A stretch of 25,943 nt of DNA from a virus (Duplodnaviria > Heunggongvirae > Uroviricota > Caudoviricetes): positions 64,001 through 89,943 of IMG/VR virus record IMGVR_UViG_3300049596_000323, one strand, 5' to 3'. The translations under genes and the position numbers were made by a program. Of the stretch, positions 1 through 7,401 are shown in pieces. The notes beneath the pieces are model-generated. The model was not told where the DNA came from. It was given only the letters and a program-made list of their open reading frames with translations, and did no database searches. Positions within the stretch are counted from its first letter, which is position 1. Every line of letters begins with the position of its first letter.

Positions 1-243
1 GCTTTCCATTTCTAAGTCTGTACTAGGTAAATCAAAGGGAAGAGATGCTGTTTTATTATAAACTACTCTTTCTAAATTATCAATACGTGTCTTGTCTACA
101 TTAGATTGAGCCATCAACATCTTTACATCAGACTTGATTTCATTAACATCATTCCAGATTAGAAGACTAACTATTGATACTAAGCTTGGAAATATCCAAA
201 CTTTAAATGTTGCAATAGAAGAATTTTCTTGTTTTGTTGTCAT
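1..243 (-). CDS. Small membrane protein, 3'-truncated at window edge (single TM helix plus coiled coil; possibly holin/XhlA-like)
   Basis: Manual translation from ATG at 243 is open to position 1: MTTKQENSSIATFKVWIFPSLVSIVSLLIWNDVNEIKSDVKMLMAQSNVDKTRIDNLERVVYNK...; hydrophobic VWIFPSLVSIVSLLIW followed by heptad-like segment. Absent from the ORF track because no stop lies in the window. Function is a guess. Confidence 0.6.
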   Translation of the reverse strand, partial: MTTKQENSSIATFKVWIFPSLVSIVSLLIWNDVNEIKSDVKMLMAQSNVDKTRIDNLERVVYNKTASLPFDLPSTDLEMES

Positions 244-259
244 TTTTTAAAAATAGAAA

Positions 260-300
260 ATAGAATGCCTGTCCCCCTATTTGGGAGAAGATCATTCTAT
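260..300 (-). terminator. Stem-loop, possible weak intrinsic terminator between DUF2061 gene and the small membrane protein gene
   Basis: ATAGAATG (260-267) pairs with CATTCTAT (293-300) with a C/G-rich imperfect inner stem; on the minus strand it is followed by TTTCTATTTTT. Confidence 0.4.
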
Positions 301-319
301 GTAGTTTATAAATAAAATT

Positions 320-526
320 TTATTTCTTCAATCCGTACTTAATCCACTTGTACCAGAAACGTTCGTGAAGATAGTATTGAACAGGCTTGTAGATAAGCTC
401 AGCTACCCCAAAGGCAGCCCCCACCTTGATAGAATCACTGATCCACCACATTATTAGGAAACCTATTACGGTGCTGATTATTCTATAGCTAATAGTCTTA
501 GCTATGTGTCTCTTTACCAATGGCAT
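320..526 (-). CDS. DUF2061-family small membrane protein
   Basis: RHIAKTISYRIIST...KPVQYYLHERFWYK matches the DUF2061 pattern (RSxxKxxSxR ... YYxHERxW). ATG at 526 preferred over the track's TTG at 538, which lies inside the predicted -7 promoter box. Confidence 0.75.
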   Translation of the reverse strand: MPLVKRHIAKTISYRIISTVIGFLIMWWISDSIKVGAAFGVAELIYKPVQYYLHERFWYKWIKYGLKK

Positions 527-535
527 ATGTATGAG

Positions 536-567
536 CAAAACTATGTAAAAGATTTGATATAACCAAA
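536..567 (-). promoter_or_regulatory. Bacteroidota primary-sigma-type promoter (TTTG-N20-TAGTTTTG) for the DUF2061 gene
   Basis: Minus strand reads TTTG (567-564), 20-nt spacer, TAGTTTTG (543-536): exact match to the TTTG-N19-21-TAnnTTTG consensus. Confidence 0.6.
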
Positions 568-573
568 TCTTTT
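547..573. terminator. 10-bp hairpin flanked by A/T tracts downstream of DUF6165 gene
   Basis: AAAAGATTTG-ATATAAC-CAAATCTTTT perfect inverted repeat immediately after the 575 stop codon. Confidence 0.5.
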
Positions 574-574
574 T

Positions 575-943
575 TTAGTAAGGGTTGTATGATTTCTCCT
601 CTACAAACTCAGAGAAGTACTTGATATTAATTTCTTTTTTAATATGTGCTCTTTTATCATTCAATTTGTACACTGACCTAGCCAGATCAACAAATTCTGG
701 GCCAAAACTACCAGCTCTTTCAAAGTCTCTGAGCAAGTCTTCCACATCCCAAAGAGCTTTGTTTGTCTTAAGTAGATCATCTACTAGTGGATCGTGTAGA
801 ATTTCAGGGTCAATCACTGTATTTAAGTAGTTTTTCTCAACAAAAACGTTCTTAAGTTTGTCTTTGTCTGTAATGTTCAAAGCCTTGATGGAAAGGATGG
901 TCCATTTGTCCACAACTTCCCCAATACTTACTTCTATTTGCAT
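575..943 (-). CDS. DUF6165-family protein
   Basis: MQIEVSIGEVVDKWTILSIK...NKALWDVED...FVDLARSVYKLNDKRAHIKKEIN...EEKSY matches the characteristic DUF6165 pattern (GExxDKxTIL / LWxxED / LARxVYxxNDxR / EEKSY). Confidence 0.8.
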   Translation of the reverse strand: MQIEVSIGEVVDKWTILSIKALNITDKDKLKNVFVEKNYLNTVIDPEILHDPLVDDLLKTNKALWDVEDLLRDFERAGSFGPEFVDLARSVYKLNDKRAHIKKEINIKYFSEFVEEKSYNPY

Positions 944-949
944 AAAAAT

Positions 950-984
950 TTTGTTGTTTATTTACAACAAATATACTAATTTTG
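950..984. promoter_or_regulatory. Back-to-back divergent Bacteroidota-type promoters with an 8-bp inverted repeat
   Basis: Plus: TTG (954-956)-N20-TAATTTTG (977-984). Minus: TATATTTG (975-968), with no clear -33 at canonical spacing. Inverted repeat TTTGTTGT (950-957)/ACAACAAA (964-971). Confidence 0.55.
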
Positions 985-1002
985 TTCAAAATAACCAGCA
1001 TT

Positions 1003-4000
1003 ATGCCAAATAGTTATACTTTTTACAAACCTGAGATTAAGAAATACTTTGAACATCATGTTCCTACACATAAAAAGATATTAGATGTTGGTCCTGGACA
1101 GGGTACTTATGCTAAGCTTTTAGAAGATATTGGTTATGATATAGATGCTGTTGAAGCTTGGGCCCCTTACATTGAAGAATTCAAACTGAAAGATTGGTAC
1201 GGAACAGTACACAATGCAGACATCCGTGAGTTTGACTGGTCAGAATATGACTACATCATCCTAGGAGATATACTAGAACATCTTACAGCTGAAGAAGGTC
1301 AGAAGCTTATTACAGATATAACAGATGCAGGCAAAGAATGTTTAGTGGCTGTACCATATATGATGGCTCAAGATGGTGAAGAGTATGGTAATACATACGA
1401 AACCCATCTCCAGGAAGACCTAACTCACAGGGTAATGAAGACTAGATACCCCCAGCTAGTTGAACTTTACAGTAATCATTTGTATGGGTATTATACGAAT
1501 AAGCATATAAAAGCTGAAAAAGCGTACGTTTTATATGCAAATGCATCTTATGTTCCTACCGTTAAAGCTTGTGTAGCTTCTATAAGAAGATATAGCGAGC
1601 TTCCCATCTACGTATATTTATTAGATACTATTGCAGATATTCCTGGTGCTACAACAATTATGTGGAAGTCTAATCTACCAAAGCTTTCTATCAACAAATA
1701 CATTGATAGAAGTGATAAGAATGTTTATAGACTGTTGATAGAACGTCCAATGATTGTTAAAGATGCTCTATTAAACTGTGCTCATACAGTAGCTTATATA
1801 GACTCTGATAGTGTAGCCACAGAATATGTTGATAGCATCTTTGATATGTATCCTAAAATGAACTATCCCTATTTTGTAGAGGGTATTTATGACTATCTAC
1901 ACATCAATGGTAGAGGTGGGGCTGATACTAGAGAAGATATGTCTACAACATTAGAAGCACCAGCATGTGAATTGTTTGGTGTCAATCAATATGTTAGACA
2001 GAGATATAGACAAACAGGTTATTTTGTAGCCAACCATTACTGCTTTGATTTCTTAGATGAGTGGTACTGGATGTGTACTCATCCTAAAGTGATGGCTAAC
2101 CATGAGTGGTATGCTCCATACCATGAAGAAACAATAGCTAACGTGTTATTGTGGAAGTGGGGAGTGTTAGATGGCCTACCTTACATCTACACCAATGCTA
2201 GCCTAGATAGAATAGAAGACATCTACGATAAGCTTGAGTGGGGGAAGCACCACGGAAGCTGGTCAAGATTACCAGATAATAAACATAAGTTATTATTCTT
2301 ACATGGAGAGAAAGATCCAAAGGTGATGAATAAGATGATACAAACTCTAGAGAGTGCAGAGAAACAACTAAGTGTATTGTTCTTAGCTCCTCACTTATCT
2401 ACAGGTGGTATGCCTGGTTTCCTCCTAAAAAGAGTGCAAGAACTACAACATTTCGTACGAATTTATGTAGTGGAGTACTCTGACTTCAGTCCTGTGTATG
2501 TTGTACAGAAGAATGAAATCAAAAAGCTATTGCCTGAAAACAGGATGTTTACACTAGGAGAAAACAAGATGGAGCTCATTGACATCATCAAAAAGAATAG
2601 CATTGATGTTGTACATGTAGAAGAAATGTTAGAAGGGTTTGAGAGTTTTAATCAAATAAGCCCTCAGTTATTAGATGCATTGTATGCTCCTGATAGAACC
2701 TGGAGAATAGTTGAGACATGTCATAACGTTTGGTTTAATCCTGACGAACTTAAGAAGTATGAACCAGAAGCTTATGCTTTCTGTACACCATATCATTATA
2801 AGACATTTGCTAACATGAAGGCTTATAAAGATGTAATTGAATTCCCTATAGAAGATAAGAGACCAAGTATTGTACATAAAGTGGATGCTAAAGATGAGTT
2901 AGGATTTAATCTGAACAGACCTAATGTTGTAAACGTAGGACTGTGGACTCCAGGAAAGAATCAGAAAGAAGGAATAGAGATAGCTAGAAAATATCCTAGT
3001 ATGGACTTCCATTTTGTAGGTAATCAAGCCCCCAACTTTAAAGACTACTGGGAACCGTTGATGGAAAACTTACCAAAGAATGTAAAGATATGGGGAGAGA
3101 GAAATGATGTAGATATATTCTTAAAAGCTGCAGACATATTCATGTTTAACAGCACATGGGAATGTAATCCTCTTGTACTTAGAGAAGCGATCAGCTATGC
3201 ACTTCCTGTAGTAGCTAGAAATCTTCCTCAGTATGAAGATATGTTTACTAGATACATCCTACCTATAGATAGTGATTTAGATGAAGTGAATGAAAAATAT
3301 CCTGTTGGTGTTGTTTTTCATGACATACCAGATAACAGATTTGCACAAAATCATTTACACTTGTATAACAAAACACTTGATATACCCATTGTTCCTAGAA
3401 AAAAGAAGAAAACAAAGGTGAATATATCTTTGTTATTTGTAGAGAGTCCCACCTTAGAAATTACAGGAAACAGTGATAGTAACTTCTTAATCAAATTCTT
3501 TGATGAGAAAGGGGTTTGCCATTATGAAAATACAATTACTAGCAACCGTTGGGTTAAGTTAAATAGACAATGGTTTACCAAGTGGACAGCTATGGTATGG
3601 GAAGATGGAGAACTCATCTTTGAAGAAACGTTAAACTATGAAGGTAAGCGTGTATACATCTGTATAGATAGTCAATCATTAGGTGATACTATTGCCTGGA
3701 TACCGTATTGCAATGAATTCAGAAAGAAACACAACTGTCATGTTGTAGTGAGCACATATAAGAATTTCTTGTTTGAGAAAGCGTATCCAGAGCTTGAGTT
3801 TATCACTCCAGGAAGTGTAGTGGGTAATATTCATGGTCAGTACATTGTTGGCTGGAGATACGGTAAAGATAAAGAACCTGTGTTGTGTAACACTATTCCT
3901 TTACAGAAAGCAGCTACTAACATACTAGGATTAGAATGGAAAGAGATTAGACCTAGATTTGCTTATGAACCAGTTAAATTTAGTGGTAAAGATACATTTG

Positions 4001-4479
4001 TAACTATTGCTACAAACAGTACATCAGGATGTAAGTTCTGGACCAAGCAAGGTTGGCAGGCTTTGATTAACTATCTAGTTGATCATGGATACAAGGTGTA
4101 CAATGTATCTAAAGAAAAAAATCCATTTGATAACTGTACACAGATAGAAGATACTTCTATGGATAACACTATCAATATGATCTGGAATAGTAAGTTCTTT
4201 ATAGGATTAAGCTCAGGACTGAGCTGGTTAGCTTGGATGATGGGTAAGCAAACTGTAATGATTAGTAACTTTACAGAAGCAGATCATGAGTTTCAATCTA
4301 ATTGTTTAAGAATTACAGATACAAACTTATGTCATGGTTGTTGGAACAATCCTAACTTTAAGTTTGACAAAGGTGATTGGGATTGGTGTCCTGTACATAA
4401 AGGAACTGACAGACAATTTGAATGTCATAAAGGTATATCTGCAGAAACAGTAATTAATAAAATAAAACACTTACTATGA
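1003..4479 (+). CDS. Four-domain glycan-modifying enzyme: SAM methyltransferase + GT-A-like glycosyltransferase + GT4 (GT-B) + Aah/TibC-type autotransporter O-heptosyltransferase domain
   Basis: ILDVGPGQG and LGDILEHL (class I MTase, ~1003-1490); YIDSD DxD at 1801-1809; GT4 EX7E motif ECNPLVLRE at 3160-3186; SLGDTIAWIPY (Asp 3685-3687), GLSSGLSWLAW and CHGC...WCP...QFEC four-Cys motif (4330-4425) as in TibC/Aah. ATG at 1003 preferred over TTG at 982. Confidence 0.85.
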   Translation: MPNSYTFYKPEIKKYFEHHVPTHKKILDVGPGQGTYAKLLEDIGYDIDAVEAWAPYIEEFKLKDWYGTVHNADIREFDWSEYDYIILGDILEHLTAEEGQKLITDITDAGKECLVAVPYMMAQDGEEYGNTYETHLQEDLTHRVMKTRYPQLVELYSNHLYGYYTNKHIKAEKAYVLYANASYVPTVKACVASIRRYSELPIYVYLLDTIADIPGATTIMWKSNLPKLSINKYIDRSDKNVYRLLIERPMIVKDALLNCAHTVAYIDSDSVATEYVDSIFDMYPKMNYPYFVEGIYDYLHINGRGGADTREDMSTTLEAPACELFGVNQYVRQRYRQTGYFVANHYCFDFLDEWYWMCTHPKVMANHEWYAPYHEETIANVLLWKWGVLDGLPYIYTNASLDRIEDIYDKLEWGKHHGSWSRLPDNKHKLLFLHGEKDPKVMNKMIQTLESAEKQLSVLFLAPHLSTGGMPGFLLKRVQELQHFVRIYVVEYSDFSPVYVVQKNEIKKLLPENRMFTLGENKMELIDIIKKNSIDVVHVEEMLEGFESFNQISPQLLDALYAPDRTWRIVETCHNVWFNPDELKKYEPEAYAFCTPYHYKTFANMKAYKDVIEFPIEDKRPSIVHKVDAKDELGFNLNRPNVVNVGLWTPGKNQKEGIEIARKYPSMDFHFVGNQAPNFKDYWEPLMENLPKNVKIWGERNDVDIFLKAADIFMFNSTWECNPLVLREAISYALPVVARNLPQYEDMFTRYILPIDSDLDEVNEKYPVGVVFHDIPDNRFAQNHLHLYNKTLDIPIVPRKKKKTKVNISLLFVESPTLEITGNSDSNFLIKFFDEKGVCHYENTITSNRWVKLNRQWFTKWTAMVWEDGELIFEETLNYEGKRVYICIDSQSLGDTIAWIPYCNEFRKKHNCHVVVSTYKNFLFEKAYPELEFITPGSVVGNIHGQYIVGWRYGKDKEPVLCNTIPLQKAATNILGLEWKEIRPRFAYEPVKFSGKDTFVTIATNSTSGCKFWTKQGWQALINYLVDHGYKVYNVSKEKNPFDNCTQIEDTSMDNTINMIWNSKFFIGLSSGLSWLAWMMGKQTVMISNFTEADHEFQSNCLRITDTNLCHGCWNNPNFKFDKGDWDWCPVHKGTDRQFECHKGISAETVINKIKHLL

Positions 4480-4913
4480 TAATAGTATTATTTGGTCAAC
4501 CTGCATCAGGTAAAACAACCCTTGCTAAAAAATTTATAGCAGAGGGATTTCATCACATAGATGGTGATGAATTAAGAGATATGTTTAAGAATAAAGACTA
4601 CAGTAGAGAAGGTAGGATTAAGAACTTAAACAGAGCCAGTGATATAGCACACTATTTAAATAAAGCTAAAAACTATAACATAGTGTTATCACTAGTGTAT
4701 CCTTATGAAGAAGCTAGAGAACATCTTAATAAACTAACTAGAGATGTCAAATGGATATATCTCATCTATGAAGAAGATAGAGGTAGAGATGACTTTAAAG
4801 TGAAAGACTTTGAAGTTCCTCACATGGATAATGTAGATTTAATTATTAACACTTCTAACACTTCTATTGAAGACAGTTTAGATAAAATCAAGCGTATATG
4901 CAGAATATTTTAG
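4476..4913 (+). CDS. cysC: Adenylyl-sulfate (APS) kinase, compact form
   Basis: P-loop GQPASGKTT, IDGDELR, DYSREGRIKN, SLVYPY..AR, FEVP..VDLIINT..SIE: all CysC hallmarks. ATGA overlap with the upstream gene. Confidence 0.8.
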   Translation: MIIVLFGQPASGKTTLAKKFIAEGFHHIDGDELRDMFKNKDYSREGRIKNLNRASDIAHYLNKAKNYNIVLSLVYPYEEAREHLNKLTRDVKWIYLIYEEDRGRDDFKVKDFEVPHMDNVDLIINTSNTSIEDSLDKIKRICRIF

Positions 4914-5284
4914 CTGAGGGAAACCGTAAGACGGATGGGTATGCAATGTTCATAGGAAGATGGCAACCATGGCACGCTGGTCACAGATGGTTAATTGATC
5001 AACAATTGAACCAGGGAAAGAAGGTGTTGCTATGTGTAAGAGATGTTAAAGAGGATGAAAAGAATCCATGGTCTGCGTATCAAATCATGATGAACTTAGC
5101 AGAAGCATTAAATGATTTAATTGAAGAAGGTAAGGTGAGACTTATAATTATCCCTGATATTGAGTCTATAAACTTTGGAAGAGGGGTGGGTTATGATGTC
5201 GTTGAACATGTACCACCACAAGAGATACATGATATATCTGCTACACAAATTAGAGAACAAATGAAAAAAGAAGGTAAACTATGA
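4898..5284 (+). CDS. HIGH-motif (cytidylyltransferase-like) nucleotidyltransferase
   Basis: MFIGRWQPWHAGH (HxGH at 4973-4984) and C-terminal ISATQIR; start overlaps the cysC stop by 16 nt. Confidence 0.8.
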   Translation: MQNILAEGNRKTDGYAMFIGRWQPWHAGHRWLIDQQLNQGKKVLLCVRDVKEDEKNPWSAYQIMMNLAEALNDLIEEGKVRLIIIPDIESINFGRGVGYDVVEHVPPQEIHDISATQIREQMKKEGKL

Positions 5285-6147
5285 ATATAATATTTCAAAT
5301 TAATGGTGGTATAGGCAAGGTGATTGCCTCCACAGCTGTGTGTGCTTCAATAAAAACTAAGTACCCTGATTGTAAACTGATTGTTGTCTCTGGTTATCCA
5401 GATGTATTTTTAGGTAATCCTAATGTGGATAGAGCTTATGGCTTTGGTCAACAAGCTTATTTCTATAAGGAGTACATTGAGAATCAAGAGATTATATTGT
5501 TTGCACATGATCCTTATCTAGAAACAAAGCACATCAAACAAGAAGAACATCTTATTGAAACTTGGTGTAAGCTATATGACTTACCTGTAACTAAAACTGT
5601 TGGAGAATTATTTCTTACAAAAAGAGAAATAGATTTCTTTAGTAAGAAGTTCATATCTGATAAACCTATTTTGCTACTACAAACAAATGGTGGGACTGAA
5701 TCTGATGTTAAATACTCATGGGCTAGAGATATTCCTAGTTATGTGGTGGAGAATGTTATACATGAATTTAAAGAACAGTATAATATTGTTCACATAAGAA
5801 GAGAAGATCAAATAAATTATGAAGGTACATTTCCTGTAACTGATACATTCAGAGCACTTCTTGTACTTATAAGTATAAGTGATAAAAGATTAATGATGGA
5901 TAGCTTTGGTCAACATGCTGCAGCTGCTTTGAATAAACCATCCACTGTACTATGGGTTGTAAATGTTCCTAATGTATTTGGATATGATATTCATACAAAC
6001 ATTACAGCTAATCCAGAAACAAGTTCCTCTGAACTAAGAAACTCTTATTTGAACAAATATAATATATCAGGTGAGCTTATAGAGTTTCCTTACAATAATG
6101 AGTCTGAAATGTTTAATATAAACAATGTAATTAAATCTTTAAAATAA
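5281..6147 (+). CDS. GT9-like (GT-B fold) glycosyltransferase
   Basis: N-terminal IIFQINGGIGKVIAST..ASIKTKYPDCKLIV and C-terminal LMMDSFGQHAAAALNKPSTVLW resemble GT9 heptosyltransferase motifs (xGD...; IGxDSGxxHxAAAxxxPxxxLF). ATGA overlap. Confidence 0.65.
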   Translation: MNIIFQINGGIGKVIASTAVCASIKTKYPDCKLIVVSGYPDVFLGNPNVDRAYGFGQQAYFYKEYIENQEIILFAHDPYLETKHIKQEEHLIETWCKLYDLPVTKTVGELFLTKREIDFFSKKFISDKPILLLQTNGGTESDVKYSWARDIPSYVVENVIHEFKEQYNIVHIRREDQINYEGTFPVTDTFRALLVLISISDKRLMMDSFGQHAAAALNKPSTVLWVVNVPNVFGYDIHTNITANPETSSSELRNSYLNKYNISGELIEFPYNNESEMFNINNVIKSLK

Positions 6148-6968
6148 TGGAAAAAATATTCTATCAAAGTTCTTTACCTAGGTCAGGATCTACATTGTTA
6201 CAAAACATTCTTGCACAGAACCCTGATATATATGCTACACCTACGTCTGGTGTACTTGAATTAATATTTGGAGCACGTGCTAATTACACTAACTCTACTG
6301 AGTTTAAAGCTCAAGATGCTGAACTTATGAAAAAAGGATGGCAAGCATTTGCTAAATCTGGTATGGATGCTTTCTACAATGCTATTACAGATAAGAAATA
6401 TGTTATAGATAAAAGCAGAGGTTGGGGCATACACTATGATTTCTTACAGTTTGTACACAATGAAGAACCAAAAATCATTTGTATGGTGAGAGACTTACGT
6501 GATGTATTTGCATCTATGGAAGGTAACTTTAGAAAACATCCAGAGAAGCAATCTGATATTTTAGATTGGGCTAAAGGACAAGGAACCACTGTACCTAAGC
6601 GTATAGACATATGGGCATCACAACCTCCTGTAGGACTTGCTCTTGAAAGACTTAGTGAGATATTTAGAACAGGAATTAATAACAAAATGTTATTTGTAAA
6701 GTTTGAAGACTTATGTTTATATCCAGATACTACAATGATTAAGATATATGAATATCTAGGATTAACATATTATCAACATGACTTTGATCACATTGAGCAA
6801 GTAACTAAAGAAGATGATGAAGTGTACGGTGCATTTGGTGATCACGTTATTCGTACAAAACTTGAACCTGTAAGAAGTAAAGCCAAAGAGTTATTAGGTA
6901 AGGACGTAACAGATTGGATCTATACCAATTACAAATGGTTCTATGACACATTTAGATATAGTAAATAA
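6147..6968 (+). CDS. PAPS-dependent sulfotransferase (Sulfotransfer_3-like)
   Basis: 5'-PSB loop SLPRSGSTLLQNIL, IDKSRGW, 3'-PB motif MVRDLRDVFASM, VKFEDL..PDTTMIKIYEYLGL. TAATG overlap with the upstream gene. Confidence 0.85.
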   Translation: MEKIFYQSSLPRSGSTLLQNILAQNPDIYATPTSGVLELIFGARANYTNSTEFKAQDAELMKKGWQAFAKSGMDAFYNAITDKKYVIDKSRGWGIHYDFLQFVHNEEPKIICMVRDLRDVFASMEGNFRKHPEKQSDILDWAKGQGTTVPKRIDIWASQPPVGLALERLSEIFRTGINNKMLFVKFEDLCLYPDTTMIKIYEYLGLTYYQHDFDHIEQVTKEDDEVYGAFGDHVIRTKLEPVRSKAKELLGKDVTDWIYTNYKWFYDTFRYSK

Positions 6969-6974
6969 TAAAAC

Positions 6975-7005
6975 AAAAAAGCCCAGAATTAACTGGGCTT
7001 TTTTT
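6975..7005. terminator. Bidirectional rho-independent terminator
   Basis: AAAAAA-GCCCAG-AATTAA-CTGGGC-TTTTTTT between convergent genes (stops at 6968 and 7028). Confidence 0.9.
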
Positions 7006-7027
7006 ATTACTTCACCTTAAATTAATA

Positions 7028-7372
7028 TTACAATACATTAAGGTTATTGCTAACTTCTTTGAACTCCACTACAGATGTTCCTAATTTAGCTGCAACAATT
7101 TGAAACAACTCTTCATCGTTTGTACCCCAGTTAGCTACTTCTGCAGCAGTTAACACAAGTTGTGTACGTTGAGGAGCTCTCTGTAAATAATCTACATCAT
7201 TTACATTTTTGATGTTGCCATAAACAACTACAAACTCATGTTTTTCATTTCCTGGAATATAGTTTACACCAATCACTCCTAAGTGATCAAATGATGCAAC
7301 TGTTGCAGAACTGAATGGGTTCTCATCTTTTTCAGAGAAAGATGCACTTGGACTAATTTTAGCTACTAACAT
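7028..7372 (-). CDS. Hypothetical protein, probably tail-fibre associated
   Basis: Clean 114-aa ORF with A-rich leader, last gene of the minus-strand structural unit, directly after the S74-containing fibre; C-terminal WGTNDEELFQIVAAKLG. Function inferred from position only. Confidence 0.6.
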   Translation of the reverse strand: MLVAKISPSASFSEKDENPFSSATVASFDHLGVIGVNYIPGNEKHEFVVVYGNIKNVNDVDYLQRAPQRTQLVLTAAEVANWGTNDEELFQIVAAKLGTSVVEFKEVSNNLNVL

Positions 7373-7401
7373 AACTTTATTTTTTATTTTTGTTTTTTAA
7401 A

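Noticed and set aside
4476-5284. cysC as an auxiliary metabolic gene for sulfate assimilation
   Set aside because: No PAPS/APS reductase or sulfite reductase is nearby; coupling to a sulfotransferase and GTs points to sulfation instead.
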